From positions 1,860,001 to 1,892,000 of the forward strand of contig NZ_CP074694.1 in assembly GCF_018398935.1 (NCBI RefSeq): a stretch of 32,000 nucleotides of DNA. Direction: 5' to 3'. This stretch comes from Telmatocola sphagniphila (GTDB lineage Bacteria; Planctomycetota; Planctomycetia; Gemmatales; Gemmataceae). Each line of letters starts with the position of its first letter. Positions within the stretch are counted from its first letter, which is position 1. Positions 1-13,313 of this stretch are shown piece by piece. The translations under genes and the position numbers were made by a program. The notes under the pieces were generated by a model, which saw nothing but the letters and a program-made list of their open reading frames with translations, did not search any database and was not told where the DNA came from.

Positions 1-31
1 TTCTCCTCGAAAAGGTCAGAGCGTCATCGAC

Positions 32-2716
<2,685 letters not shown>

Positions 2717-2777
2717 AACCCAAGGGCCCGCCAGAATCGAAGGAGGTATCTAAAGGCGATTCCTCGCCGCTGGAGAG

Positions 2778-2793
2778 TCCACCGCGCGGTGGA
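2778..2793. promoter_or_regulatory. Perfect 16-bp palindrome TCCACCGC|GCGGTGGA in the leader/promoter region of the PSCyt gene
   Basis: Read directly from the sequence. It is flanked on both sides by GGAGAG and lies 62-77 nt upstream of the minus-strand start at 2716. It could be an operator or an RNA hairpin; its function is unknown. Confidence 0.25.
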
Positions 2794-3044
2794 GAGAATC
2801 CCAATCGTTGCGAACAGGCCGGAAAAACGCGGAAGGTAGGACTGAAGTCATCGCACCCGGCTCGTCGCTCAATTAATTTTAGCTCCGATTCCCGTTCATT
2901 ACCAGATCGAAGTTCGTTTTCTTCGAACTGGGCGGTCACTTCGAACATCGTCAACTCTTTCAGGAAGCGCTGGAGACTTTTTTGAAGGAGTTTCCAGAAC
3001 TCGGGGCTCCGTGGAGAGCCGTGGGGACCATCGACTTCCGAAAT

Positions 3045-3072
3045 CCGGATCAAATAGAGGCTATTGATCCGG
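3045..3072. promoter_or_regulatory. Perfect 9-bp inverted repeat CCGGATCAA-N10-TTGATCCGG upstream of the 6PGDH gene (candidate operator)
   Basis: Read directly from the sequence, about 95 nt upstream of ATG 3166. No known operator consensus was recognised. Confidence 0.25.
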
Positions 3073-3165
3073 CGGCGGGCGGCATACCATGACAGAGAGC
3101 GTCCGCGAAGCGGTTCTCGGAACGAGCGATTTTTCGGTAGCGTCGCGATAGATCAGGAGCGTTTT

Positions 3166-4176
3166 ATGCAACTGGGAATGATCGGACTGGGTCGGATGGG
3201 GGCCAACATGGTGCGCCGCCTCCTGCAAGGGGGGCATGAATGCGTGGTTTTCGATATGTTTCCCCAAGCGGTGGAAGCTCTGGTGGCCGAGAAGGCCGTG
3301 GGGAGTAGCTCCCTCGCCGAATTCGTAAAAAAACTGGCGAAACCGCGGGCGATCTGGCTGATGGTGCCCGCCGGGGTTGTGGACAAATCGATCGCCGATC
3401 TCCTTCCGCTTTTGGAAGCGGGCGACGTCCTGATCGACGGGGGCAACTCCTACTACGTGGACGATCTGCGTCGGGCGGAAGCGCTGGCTCAGAAAAAGAT
3501 CGATTATGTCGATGTGGGTACCAGCGGCGGCGTCTGGGGCCTGGAGCGCGGCTACTGCATGATGATCGGCGGCCCCGACGCCGCCGTGCAGCGACTCGAT
3601 CCCATTTTTAAAACCTTAGCACCCGGTTCCGCGGACACCCCGCCCACCCCGGGCCGATCGGTATCCGGCTCGACGGCCGAGGCCGGGTATTTGCACTGCG
3701 GCCCGTCCGGGGCCGGGCATTTCGTGAAGATGGTCCACAACGGCATCGAGTACGGGTTGATGGCCGCCTACGCCGAAGGCTTAAGCGTTTTGAAAAGTGC
3801 CAATATCGGACATCGCGAGCAGGCGACGGACGCCGAGACCACTCCGCTGCGAAATCCGGAGCATTACCGCTACGATTTCAATTTGCGCGACATCACCGAG
3901 GTCTGGCGCCGGGGGAGCGTCATCTCCTCCTGGCTTTTGGATTTGACCGCCGCCGCCTTAGTCAAGGATCCCACGCTGGCCCAGTTCTCCGGGCAGGTCT
4001 CCGATTCGGGAGAAGGACGCTGGACCCTTCAGGCCGCGATCGACGAAGCGGTGCCGATGCCCGTGCTGACCGCCGCTTTGAATCAACGCTTCGCGTCCCG
4101 CGGCGAGGCCGATTTTCAAAACAAGCTGCTTTCCGCATTGCGCTTTCAATTTGGCGGTCACCACGAAAAGAAGTAG
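3166..4176 (+). CDS. gnd: 6-phosphogluconate dehydrogenase (decarboxylating), short-form Gnd-like
   Basis: ORF 3064..4176 trimmed to ATG 3166, where the Rossmann motif MQLGMIGLGRMGANM begins. The upstream 34 codons are R-rich and look non-coding. The blocks DGGNSYY, GAGHFVKMVHNGIEYG and SDSGEGRWT are typical of the roughly 300-340 aa Gnd-like family. Confidence 0.85.
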   Translation: MQLGMIGLGRMGANMVRRLLQGGHECVVFDMFPQAVEALVAEKAVGSSSLAEFVKKLAKPRAIWLMVPAGVVDKSIADLLPLLEAGDVLIDGGNSYYVDDLRRAEALAQKKIDYVDVGTSGGVWGLERGYCMMIGGPDAAVQRLDPIFKTLAPGSADTPPTPGRSVSGSTAEAGYLHCGPSGAGHFVKMVHNGIEYGLMAAYAEGLSVLKSANIGHREQATDAETTPLRNPEHYRYDFNLRDITEVWRRGSVISSWLLDLTAAALVKDPTLAQFSGQVSDSGEGRWTLQAAIDEAVPMPVLTAALNQRFASRGEADFQNKLLSALRFQFGGHHEKK

Positions 4177-4267
4177 AACGGCCCTGCTTACCGTTTAACG
4201 CATCGCCCGGCCTAGCCCAGCCGACGTCCCCTCGCGTTTTTCGACTTCCGGCGGCCGCGAAGTTCCC

Positions 4268-4294
4268 GATCGAGGACCCCCGCTGTCCTCGATC
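4268..4294. terminator. Hairpin between convergent gnd and kinase genes (possible bidirectional terminator)
   Basis: Perfect 10-bp stem GATCGAGGAC / GTCCTCGATC with a 7-nt loop. The flanks are only weakly T-rich (AATTCGATT on the + strand). Confidence 0.4.
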
Positions 4295-4342
4295 AATTCG
4301 ATTGCAAGCGAAGAATTTCGTGGGAAAGTTGTGGGGCGGGGC

Positions 4343-7300
4343 TTACCCGGCGGCCACCGCGTCCAACACTTCGCGGACCTTTTTGGCCAGGACCAGCGGC
4401 GTAAAGGGCTTTTGCAGAAACGCATCGGTCCCGTGAATCACCCCATGCCGCAGGACTGCATCGTCGGTGTAGCCGCTCATGAACAGCGCTCGCAGGCCGG
4501 GCCGGCATCGCCGGACTTCCTCGAGCAATTGTCGGCCGCCCATCTCGGGCATGATCACATCGCTCAACAGCAAATGAATCTCGCCCGGGTGCGACTGAAT
4601 CAACTGCAGGGCGGCCGCGCCATGCTCGGCCTCCAGGACCGTATACCCCTTGGTTTCCAGGGCCAGTCGGGCGATTCGCCGGACGGTCTTTTCATCTTCG
4701 ACCAGGAGCACCGTTTCGGTCCCGCGGGTGTCCGCGGCCACTGTCTCGGGGACCGGGGCCACCTGCGCGGGACTGACTAGAGGCAGGAGGATATGAAAAG
4801 TCGTCCCGGCCCCGACCGAACTCTCGATCGAAATCTCGCCGCCCCCCTGATTGATCACCCCGTGCACCACGGCCAAACCGAGACCGGTCCCCTTCCCCAC
4901 CTCTTTGGTGGTGAAGAACGGTTCGAAGATTTTCCCCTTCACCTCCTCGGTCATGCCCGATCCGGTATCGCTCACCGACAATCGGACAAATCGGTTCGCG
5001 TCTCCCTCCCCCAGGACTCTCGCCGAAGTCTCGATCGTCAACCGGCCTCCCCGGGGCATCGCATCCCGGGCATTGACGACCAGGTTCATCAGGACCTGCT
5101 CGAACTGGCCGGGATCCACCTTCACCGGCGTCGGCGTCGGTGCAGTAATGACCGCCAGAACGATGTCCTCGCCGATGAGCCGCCGCAGTAACTTGGACGA
5201 CTCGGACACCAATTCATTGAGATCGATGACTTTCGGTTCGATCATGGCCTTGCGACTGAAGGCCAGCAGTTGCTGCGTCAGTCGAGCCGCCCGTTCGCCC
5301 GCATCCCGAATGGTGGAGACCGATTCCCGCCGCGAGTCGCCGACCGGCAGGTCCGACAACAGCAGCAGATCGCAGTAGCCGTTGATGACCGTCAGCAGGT
5401 TGTTGAAGTCGTGGGCCACGCCGCCGGCCAGCCGACCGATCGCTTCCATCTTCTGAGCCTGGATAAATTGCTCTTCGAGTTGCTTCCGCTCCGTGATGTC
5501 CTGCAGCGAGCCACGGATCTGAACGACCTGGCCGTTCTCCACCGTCGGCCGGCAGATCGTGCGAACCCATTTGCGACTTCCGGTCGCGGAGACGAAAGGC
5601 AGTTCCAAGTCGTACGGGGTCCCCGCTTCCATGGCGAGCTTCAGGGCGACGGTGAGCTTCTCGCGATCGGCCGGTTCAAAGAAATGCAGGCTATCCTGCA
5701 CTCCCGGCGCCGCTCCCACCGCCAGATCGAGGATGCGGGCGATTTCCGCCGTCGAGTTTCCTTCCATGGTTTTGGGATCGAACCCCCATCCCCCCACGTG
5801 GGCCATCTCCGCGGCCTCGCGCAGTAGCAATTCCTGATCGCGCAGTTTCTTTTCGACCTGGACTTTTTCGGACAGATCGCGCAGGACTACCAGGGATCCT
5901 TGCGATTGCGGACCCGGGAGCGGAACGGCCCGCGCCTGAACCGGGACGCGCTGGCCATCGCGGCGCAGGATCGATTGTTCTTTCCCCGGGCGGTCGCGAT
6001 CCTGGGCGAGCATTTCGAGGCGCGCTTCGCGAGGAAGCGCCGCCGGCTCTAGCGGAAGTAAGTGAAACAGGTTGAGACCGAGCAACTCTTCCGAGGCCGC
6101 CGCGCCGAGCAGTTGCACAAAGGCCGGGTTGCAGTAGACGATTTTCGATTCCGATTCGACGACGAGCGCATCGGGCAACATATCCACCAGTTGCCGGAAT
6201 CGCTCTTCGCTTTCGCGCAGCGCTTCGGCCGCGTCGTGGCTCTCGGTGACGTCCAAGGTGGCTCCGACCGTGCGCAAAGGTCGGCGTTCGGAACCCACCA
6301 CCTCGTAACTGGTCCGCGACTTGGTCGTCAACCAGCGGATACGCCCGTCGGAGGGCCGGATCAAGCGATGTTCGACGTCAAAGCGTCCATCGCCGGCCGG
6401 ATCGTGCGCCTGACGCACTGCGGCTTCGATTGCGGGACGATCCGCCGGATGAATCAGGTCCAGATAGGCCGGCAGACTGGCGGGCGCTTCGGGATCGAAG
6501 CCATAGATTTCCCGGAGCCGGGCCGACCAGAAGAAGCTGCCGGCCGCATGATCATGTTCGAATACGCCGAATCCGGCGACCCGCGCCGCTTCGTTCAGGC
6601 GTTCCTCACTGGCCCGCAAGGCGTTGTCCATCTTCTTTCGAGCAGTCACGTCGCTGATATAACCATGCCAGAGCAACGAGCCGTCCGGCAGTCGTTGCGG
6701 AACCGAGCTCCCTTCGATCCAGATCTCCCCCAGCTGGGGGCTATTCACCCGATATTCGTCCTTCCATAAAGTCATCTCGCGGGCCGATTGAGCGATGCTC
6801 GACCGCACTTGATCGACGTCCTCGGGGTGGATCGTTTCGAAAATCCCGGAGGCATCTCGGGCGAGATCCGCCGGCGAAAGGCCATAAATCGGCTGGATGC
6901 GGGGACTGGCATACGGCATGGTGACCGTTCCGTCGGGAGCCAGATGAAAAGAACATATCGCTAGCGGAACGGCCTCCATCAGCTTTTCGATCCGGTTGCG
7001 TTCCTCTCGCAGAGCCCGTTCCGCCTGAAGCCGTTCCGTGATGTCCAGCGCCAGTACCAGTCGCGACCGACTGCCGGGCTCCGCCAGTTGGTGGACGAAG
7101 ACTTCCGCGTCGAATTCCGATCCCTCTTTCCGCCGATGCCGCCAGGCGGTGGAGCGATTCAGACCCTCGGTCAGTTCCGCGATACTGGATTTCAATCGCG
7201 GGAGCTCTTCGGGAGGACGGATATCCTGAATCGTCATGGTCAGGAACTCTTCCGGAGAATAACCGTAGAAGCGTACCGCGGTCTCATTGACGGCCAGGAA

Positions 7301-8767
7301 CCGGAGGGTATCCGCATCGTAGACCCACATCGGATGCGGATTCGAATCGAACATCAGTCGATACCGCGCCTCACTGGCTCGCAGGGCGGCCTCGGCCTGC
7401 TTGCGTTCGGTGATATCCGCCGCCACCACGACCGCGCGCAGCGGTCGTCCTTCGACAAAAGTGACCTGCTTGCGAATGTGCAGCCAGCGTATCGTTCCAT
7501 CGGGGAGCCGCACGCGATGCTCCTGCTCGAACCAGCCCGGTCCCGCCGGGTCCAGCGCCTGCGCCGTCCAGTGATCGATTTCCGATAGATCTTCCGGATG
7601 GAAACGAGCGTGCAGTTCCGCCCGGGGGACCGATCCGGCCGCGGCAAAGCCGTACAGTTCCGCCGCCCGGGCCGAAAGTGCGGCGGTCTGAGCTCCGTAA
7701 TCGACTTCGATAATCCCCAAACCGGCGACTTCCACCGCGGCTCGGAGTTTGTTCTCGCTCTCCCGGGCGGCCAGCTCGGCGCGCCGTTGGGCCGTGATGT
7801 CCTGGTCGATACCCTCGACCCGCCGCAGAGATCCCGAAGAATCGCGCGTCGCCCGCGCCTGGCTGTGAATCCAAATGACGGTTCCATCGGGTCGGAGGAT
7901 GCGGAGTTCATTCTCGAATTCCTCGGCCCCCGCTTGCATTCTTTCCACGCGGGCCAGAGCCACGGCCCGATCGTCCGGATGCAGCAACTTCAGAAATTCT
8001 TCGAAACTGGGTCGGACGACTTGAGGATCGGCTCCGAAGAGATCAAAAAGAGCTTCGGACCACCAGACTTTACCCGTCGCCGGTTCCCAACTCCAGCTCC
8101 CCAGACGAGCGATCTTCTGCGCTTCGCGCTGCCGTTGCTCGCTTTCCCGGAGCGCCTCCTCCATTACTTTGCGATCCGAGATATCCCGCGAGATCCCAAT
8201 CAGGCCAATCACCTCCCCGGCGGCATCCCGATAAGGAGCCTTGGTGGCCAGATAAGTGGCGGTCCTTCCCGGAGAAGCGAGGGTCTCCTCCAAAGTGGTG
8301 GGCTGGGCCCGCGCGATCACCTCCCGGTCGATTTTGGAAATTTGCTCGGCGGACACCGGATCCAACAGTTCCCGATTGGTGCGTCCTACAATCTCTTCGA
8401 TGGTTCGACCGATTAAGCGGGCGGCCGCGGCGTTGACGAGCAAGTGTCGGCCGGCGACATCTTTGACAAATACGGCATCGGTCGTCCCATTGACCACGGC
8501 TTCCAACAGTGATCGGGACTTTTGATGAGCCGACATTTCGCGCCGGAGGAGCCAGTAGAGCAGCGCGGCGCTGACGCCGAGGAACAGAGTCCCTTTGCCC
8601 GCCGCCGCCAGAAACCCCCGATCGTCGGTATAGCCCAGCCAGACCAGCATGCGATCGCTCAGCCAGATCCAGAGGAGTCCGAACAGGAGGTACAGAGCGG
8701 AAATGCGTCCCGGAGTTCGATGGAGTTCACTTTTCAACCGCGAAAGATTCGACATGCTTACGATCAA
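4343..8767 (-). CDS. Hybrid sensor histidine kinase / response regulator with eight PAS/PAC modules
   Basis: 1474-aa ORF with two N-terminal hydrophobic segments. Eight successive PAS-like modules are separated by linkers of the type DI(T/S)ERK plus a short coiled coil. H-box: [14 protein letters not shown]. ATPase blocks: [26 protein letters not shown]-terminal receiver: VLLVEDE ... [13 protein letters not shown] ... KPF. Confidence 0.95.
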   Translation of the reverse strand: MIVSMSNLSRLKSELHRTPGRISALYLLFGLLWIWLSDRMLVWLGYTDDRGFLAAAGKGTLFLGVSAALLYWLLRREMSAHQKSRSLLEAVVNGTTDAVFVKDVAGRHLLVNAAAARLIGRTIEEIVGRTNRELLDPVSAEQISKIDREVIARAQPTTLEETLASPGRTATYLATKAPYRDAAGEVIGLIGISRDISDRKVMEEALRESEQRQREAQKIARLGSWSWEPATGKVWWSEALFDLFGADPQVVRPSFEEFLKLLHPDDRAVALARVERMQAGAEEFENELRILRPDGTVIWIHSQARATRDSSGSLRRVEGIDQDITAQRRAELAARESENKLRAAVEVAGLGIIEVDYGAQTAALSARAAELYGFAAAGSVPRAELHARFHPEDLSEIDHWTAQALDPAGPGWFEQEHRVRLPDGTIRWLHIRKQVTFVEGRPLRAVVVAADITERKQAEAALRASEARYRLMFDSNPHPMWVYDADTLRFLAVNETAVRFYGYSPEEFLTMTIQDIRPPEELPRLKSSIAELTEGLNRSTAWRHRRKEGSEFDAEVFVHQLAEPGSRSRLVLALDITERLQAERALREERNRIEKLMEAVPLAICSFHLAPDGTVTMPYASPRIQPIYGLSPADLARDASGIFETIHPEDVDQVRSSIAQSAREMTLWKDEYRVNSPQLGEIWIEGSSVPQRLPDGSLLWHGYISDVTARKKMDNALRASEERLNEAARVAGFGVFEHDHAAGSFFWSARLREIYGFDPEAPASLPAYLDLIHPADRPAIEAAVRQAHDPAGDGRFDVEHRLIRPSDGRIRWLTTKSRTSYEVVGSERRPLRTVGATLDVTESHDAAEALRESEERFRQLVDMLPDALVVESESKIVYCNPAFVQLLGAAASEELLGLNLFHLLPLEPAALPREARLEMLAQDRDRPGKEQSILRRDGQRVPVQARAVPLPGPQSQGSLVVLRDLSEKVQVEKKLRDQELLLREAAEMAHVGGWGFDPKTMEGNSTAEIARILDLAVGAAPGVQDSLHFFEPADREKLTVALKLAMEAGTPYDLELPFVSATGSRKWVRTICRPTVENGQVVQIRGSLQDITERKQLEEQFIQAQKMEAIGRLAGGVAHDFNNLLTVINGYCDLLLLSDLPVGDSRRESVSTIRDAGERAARLTQQLLAFSRKAMIEPKVIDLNELVSESSKLLRRLIGEDIVLAVITAPTPTPVKVDPGQFEQVLMNLVVNARDAMPRGGRLTIETSARVLGEGDANRFVRLSVSDTGSGMTEEVKGKIFEPFFTTKEVGKGTGLGLAVVHGVINQGGGEISIESSVGAGTTFHILLPLVSPAQVAPVPETVAADTRGTETVLLVEDEKTVRRIARLALETKGYTVLEAEHGAAALQLIQSHPGEIHLLLSDVIMPEMGGRQLLEEVRRCRPGLRALFMSGYTDDAVLRHGVIHGTDAFLQKPFTPLVLAKKVREVLDAVAAG

Positions 8768-8969
8768 TCCGAAGGGCGCTGGAAGAAGGGGCGGCCGCGC
8801 TGCGGGCCACGAACGCGCGGCCTTACAAACTTAGGACATCGAAGTCCGGGAGTCCACTGAGATTTGGGACGGGATGGGATAGATCCGGGAAAAGTGCCTT
8901 TTCTGGGGGGAATTCACTTTTTTGGGGTACTCAAGAAGCCTAGGCGCCGGCGTCCGTGCCGGCCCGCTT

Positions 8970-11411
8970 CTATTTCTTCGGATAAACGATTTTGGTCGTG
9001 CCGATCTGGCCGTTGAATTTGAACGGAGCGAGATCGTAGTAGTCGAGCGCGACCGGTGACCCCAAATCGCTACCAATATCCAGGCAATCGTTGGTGCCAA
9101 AGTGAGTTTGTGCCGTAATCGGGACTTTGCCCTCGGCCATCATCTTACCGTTCACCTTCAGCGTAACCTGCATCGGTCCGCCCATTTTGGCGGTCAACTT
9201 CGATTCGACTTCCAGCTGGATTTTGCCAGGTGGAAGTTTCTCTTTGCTGCGGATCTTGGTCCGATCAATCTCGAAGAGGTTATATTCGTAGCAGAGAATC
9301 CCCTCTTTCATGTAGCAAGTCAGTCCGCCCGCAAAACCCGCCAGCGAATAGAGCACGCCATTCGCATTCGCTGGAATTTCCAAATCCATCGTCACGATGC
9401 TGTTAAACTTGCCGAGTTTGGGCGCGGCGGGCTCCGGCATGCGATTCATCGGCCCGGTAAAAGTCCATTCCTTATAGGGGGTCGAGGGGGCGTCTTCGGG
9501 ATGGTACAATCCGGTGGACCACATGCCGCCGCCGATGGGGAGGTTCTTGTTCTTGGCGGATTCCACCAGAAAGAGCTCTTTCATTTGCGCGAGCTTTGCC
9601 GGCATCTTTTCCGAGAGATCGTCGGCCTGGCTCCAGTCCGTCTCCAGATTATAGAGTTCCCACTTATCCTTTTCCGGGGACCATTCCTTGATGCCCGGGG
9701 GCAGGCCCTGAACCCAGGGTTCGCGCGGTCCAAAAGCGCAGGCATACCAGCCGTCGTGGTAAATGCCGCGGCTGGCCATGATGTCAAAAAACTGCGTCTT
9801 TTTCCGGCCCGGGGCAGCGGCATTCCCGAAGGTATAGGCCATGCTGAGGCCATCGAAAGTATCCTGCGGAACACCGTTTACAAGACGGGGCGGTGTAATT
9901 TTGGTGACCTCGTAGATCGTCGGCACGACATCGTTCACGTGGTGAAACTGGGCTCGCGGTGTGGCATCGGGTTTAATGCCCTTGGGCCAGGAGACGGCCA
10001 GAGGTTGGCGAGTCCCGCCGAAATGCGCTCCCACTAACTTCGTGGATTTATACGGGGTACTGCCCGCCCAGGCCCAACCGGCGTGGTACATATTGTCGGC
10101 TTTCGCGGTGCCGAGCACTTTCAGACCGCCGAGTTCCTCCAGCGCTTGAATGTGCTGCGAGATTTTGCTGGGAATCCCATTTTGGGCCAGCTGTTCGCTG
10201 AGAGTTCCGTTTTGCCCTTCGGCCGAGGAGCCGTTGTCTCCCCAGATGTAGAAAATTAAGGTGTTGTCGAGTTTCCCCTGTCGTTCGATTTCATCGATCA
10301 CTTTCCCGGCGTGGTAGTCGGCATGCTCCGCGAAGCCGGCGAAGACTTCCATCAATCGTCGCTGGAACGGTTTTTCCGCTTCCGGAATCGATTCCCAGGA
10401 AGCCAGGGAGGCGGGCCGGACCGTGAGTTTGGCGTCCTGGGGAATCCAGCCCAGTTCTTTTTGCCGCGCAAAGGCGCGTTCGCGATATTTATCCCAGCCG
10501 TCGTCGAATTTGCCTTTGTACTTATCCGCCCACTCGTTGAAAACGTGGTGCGGTCCGTGGGCCGCTCCCGGCGCCCAGTACATCAAAAAGGGCTTATCGG
10601 GACCGTAGGCATTCTGTTCGCGAAGCCACTTGATGGCGTCTTCCGCAATATCTTCGGTCAGGTGATAGCCCTTGCGTTCGATTTCTTCCGGTTTCACGTA
10701 GGTGGTATTGCGAACCAGCTGCGGCTCATATTGCGAGGCTTCTCCCGCCAGGAAGCCGTAGAAATATTCGAAGCCGTAACCGGTGGGCCAGTTGTCGAAC
10801 GGCCCCTTGGAGGTGATCGCTTCTTCGGGCGTATTGTGCCATTTGCCCCAGGCACCGGTGTTGTAACCGTAGTTTTTCAGGACCTCGGCCACCGTCGCGG
10901 AGGACTTGGGAATAGTTCCGCTGAAGCCGTCGAAATCGTTCGCAAGTGCCGTGATCTGGCCGTTGCAAACGCGGGTGTGATTGCGGCCGGTGAGTAAGGA
11001 GGCCCGCGTCGGCGAGCACATAGCCGTCGAATGGAAGCGGTTGTACGAGATTCCCGCTTTCGCCACCCGGCTGAGTGTGGGGGTGTGGATTTCGCCGCCG
11101 TAGGTGGAGGGCGTTCCAGGGCCCAGGTCGTCCATCAAAATGATCAGAATGTTCGGAGCCCCCTCCGCCAGCCGCTTGGGTTCCACCCGCTTCTTGTAAA
11201 TCGAATCCTGCATGGTCAACCCCGGCGTCGAACCGGAGGGGGTCGGCGGAAATGGCAGAATGGACCCGTCGATCGCGGGAGCGAACGCCGTCGGCGCTTC
11301 GGACTTCTGGACCTGGGCGAACAGGTCGCCGAGACCTCCGGAAGCTGTCCAATACCCAAAGAAGCCGCCGAAAAGAAGCAGCCCGAGTACGGGCCAGTTT
11401 TTGCATTTCAT
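8970..11411 (-). CDS. Arylsulfatase-family (formylglycine-dependent) sulfatase, long form, secreted
   Basis: 813-aa ORF with a hydrophobic N-terminus. It has the LIILMDDLG metal-site block and the formylglycine motif CSPTRASLLTGRNH, plus the GKWH and WGDNGSS blocks. A C-terminal extension of about 250 aa follows the catalytic domain. Confidence 0.93.
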   Translation of the reverse strand: MKCKNWPVLGLLLFGGFFGYWTASGGLGDLFAQVQKSEAPTAFAPAIDGSILPFPPTPSGSTPGLTMQDSIYKKRVEPKRLAEGAPNILIILMDDLGPGTPSTYGGEIHTPTLSRVAKAGISYNRFHSTAMCSPTRASLLTGRNHTRVCNGQITALANDFDGFSGTIPKSSATVAEVLKNYGYNTGAWGKWHNTPEEAITSKGPFDNWPTGYGFEYFYGFLAGEASQYEPQLVRNTTYVKPEEIERKGYHLTEDIAEDAIKWLREQNAYGPDKPFLMYWAPGAAHGPHHVFNEWADKYKGKFDDGWDKYRERAFARQKELGWIPQDAKLTVRPASLASWESIPEAEKPFQRRLMEVFAGFAEHADYHAGKVIDEIERQGKLDNTLIFYIWGDNGSSAEGQNGTLSEQLAQNGIPSKISQHIQALEELGGLKVLGTAKADNMYHAGWAWAGSTPYKSTKLVGAHFGGTRQPLAVSWPKGIKPDATPRAQFHHVNDVVPTIYEVTKITPPRLVNGVPQDTFDGLSMAYTFGNAAAPGRKKTQFFDIMASRGIYHDGWYACAFGPREPWVQGLPPGIKEWSPEKDKWELYNLETDWSQADDLSEKMPAKLAQMKELFLVESAKNKNLPIGGGMWSTGLYHPEDAPSTPYKEWTFTGPMNRMPEPAAPKLGKFNSIVTMDLEIPANANGVLYSLAGFAGGLTCYMKEGILCYEYNLFEIDRTKIRSKEKLPPGKIQLEVESKLTAKMGGPMQVTLKVNGKMMAEGKVPITAQTHFGTNDCLDIGSDLGSPVALDYYDLAPFKFNGQIGTTKIVYPKK

Positions 11412-11525
11412 GGCGTATCTCTCGATGTTGGACTTGATGACGAACGACCCCGTTGCAATTTCTCAAGACGGACCACGGATCCCAGAGCCGTAGACTTCGC
11501 GAAACTCGAAGGCTCAGAAGCATGC

Positions 11526-11549
11526 AGGCCCCGAAGCACTTCGGGGCCT
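11526..11549 (-). terminator. GC-rich hairpin just downstream of the 2H-HAD gene stop
   Basis: AGGCCCCGAAG-CA-CTTCGGGGCCT, with 11-nt complementary arms, lies about 20 nt after the stop at 11570. On the minus strand it is followed by GCATGCTTCTG, which is only moderately T-rich. Confidence 0.5.
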
Positions 11550-11569
11550 TCCCCAAAAGTCGGTGCGGA

Positions 11570-13219
11570 CTAAGGTTTTAAGGGCTCAAAAGGGAACACT
11601 TTCTTCCAATCTTTTTTCATGTCCACGACCGTCCAGTTTCGCTTCGGGGCTTCATCGAGCCCTCGATCGAGTCGGCCGAGGGCGGCTTGGCGATCGTAGG
11701 CATACTCCCGCTCGGCGTCAGTGTGGTGGACCAGCAATCCGAAGCGCGGCCCTGGGGCCGAAGTGGTCCATTCGAGCATTTCGAAATCGCCGTCCGAGTT
11801 GCCGAAGGCCATGACGGGGCGGCGGCCGATGAAGCGGTGGATGGCCACCGGTTTCCCGGCTTTATCATCGTTGAAATCGAGTTGCGGCAACCGCCTCAAG
11901 ACCGGTTGGCCGTTGCGGAGTTCGTACTTCACTTGGATACTGCTCCCCATGACCTGTTCGGGAGGGATGCCGTAGGCTTTTTCCATCCAGGGCCGCATGA
12001 ATTCCACTCCGCCTCCGGAGACGACGTAGGTTTTGAAGCCCTTGGCCCGCAGATACGTCAGCAGTTCGAGCATCGGCTGATAAACCAGATCGGTGTAGGG
12101 CCGCTTGTACTTGGGATGTTTCGCGGTGGCGATCCAGTCCTTGACGACGGATTCAAATTCGTCGGTCGTCATCCCCGCATGGGTGGTCATCATCAGTTCC
12201 AGCAGGGCTTTCTCCCCGCCTGCGAACACGGCCTTTAGGTCTCCTTCGAGTACGGCCTTAAAAGGTTGTTTCTCTTGCCATTCCGGGTGCTTTGGGGCCA
12301 GGGCTTTGACGCGGTCGAGGGCAAAGAAGAGTTGGACGGGCAAAGGCCGCTCGCACCACAGCGTGCCGTCGTTGTCGAACGTGGCGATCCGTTCGCTGGC
12401 GGGAACGAATTCTGGAGAGCCTTCCTGGGTCACTTTCGCGACGAAATCGAGAAGGGATTGTTTGGCTTTACCTTCATTCCAAGAAGGCAACGGGTCGGCG
12501 GAGGCCGAGGTCCACAACAGCTTCTGAGCCGTTCCGAACTCACCGAGTTGGTAAACGTCGACCGAACGAGCCTGGAAGGTGAACGACTGGAACGGCTCGG
12601 ATTGGAGCTTGTTGAGAAACGATCGAGTGCCCAGGCCGATGGTCACATGCGGGTTGTAATTCTGGCCGCTATACTTAGGAACAAATGAAGTAACATAGTC
12701 GACAGTCTCTTTTGCTTGTTCGATCGTTTTGCCATCGGGCCGGAGTGCGAACGATTCTGGGGTACCCTTGCCTACATTAAACGGAGCAATAGCATCGATC
12801 AACTTCAGTTGAAGACGCAGCAAGTCCTGAGTCGGTTCGATTACGATCCCAGCCAGCCCCAATTTATTGACGGGAATATCATAGTACCCCTTCGCCTTTA
12901 ACTCCCAAGTTGTGGGGTTTTCGTCCTTCAAGACCTTGGCAACCGCCGCGTTCACTTTGTCCAAATCTCTTGTCCAGACGAACCTCTGAACAACAGTGAC
13001 GTGAGGGTTGTGCAGAGCGTCGAGTTCAAACCCTTTCGGGTAGTCGGCGCGAAGCTGGGCGTTAACCGCTTTTGCACGGTCCATCATGACTTGATCGGGA
13101 GCGAGCAGGATATCGATCGCCGTCACTTCGGATGCGAGCTTAGAATCTTGCCCGGATACCAGATTTGATGCAATCAAAATGAAGGCGATCACGATGCCAA
13201 GTCGTAATCTCAATCGCAT
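11570..13219 (-). CDS. Secreted fusion protein: N-terminal 2H-phosphoesterase-like domain + C-terminal HAD-superfamily phosphatase domain
   Basis: 549-aa ORF with signal peptide MRLRLRLGIVIAFILIASNLVSG. It has two HxTx motifs (H73-V-T-V and H191-V-T-I). HAD motifs are present: FDNDGTLW (D282xD284xT), VVSGGG, a conserved Lys region (DDKAGKP) and GNSDGD. Confidence 0.8.
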   Translation of the reverse strand: MRLRLRLGIVIAFILIASNLVSGQDSKLASEVTAIDILLAPDQVMMDRAKAVNAQLRADYPKGFELDALHNPHVTVVQRFVWTRDLDKVNAAVAKVLKDENPTTWELKAKGYYDIPVNKLGLAGIVIEPTQDLLRLQLKLIDAIAPFNVGKGTPESFALRPDGKTIEQAKETVDYVTSFVPKYSGQNYNPHVTIGLGTRSFLNKLQSEPFQSFTFQARSVDVYQLGEFGTAQKLLWTSASADPLPSWNEGKAKQSLLDFVAKVTQEGSPEFVPASERIATFDNDGTLWCERPLPVQLFFALDRVKALAPKHPEWQEKQPFKAVLEGDLKAVFAGGEKALLELMMTTHAGMTTDEFESVVKDWIATAKHPKYKRPYTDLVYQPMLELLTYLRAKGFKTYVVSGGGVEFMRPWMEKAYGIPPEQVMGSSIQVKYELRNGQPVLRRLPQLDFNDDKAGKPVAIHRFIGRRPVMAFGNSDGDFEMLEWTTSAPGPRFGLLVHHTDAEREYAYDRQAALGRLDRGLDEAPKRNWTVVDMKKDWKKVFPFEPLKP

Positions 13220-13313
13220 TTATAATACCTTTCTGCACTCTTCGAGAATGATCAGACCGAGAAGAGCCGGCCGGTTCAAAGACTCCCGACCGGTCTCGCG
13301 ATGATTCGCTAAA

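Noticed and set aside
3064-3165. 34-codon N-terminal extension of the gnd ORF
   Set aside because: The sequence is R-rich (MIRRRAAYHDRERPRSGSRNERF...). The Rossmann GxGxxG motif should sit at the very N-terminus, and it does when translation starts at ATG 3166.
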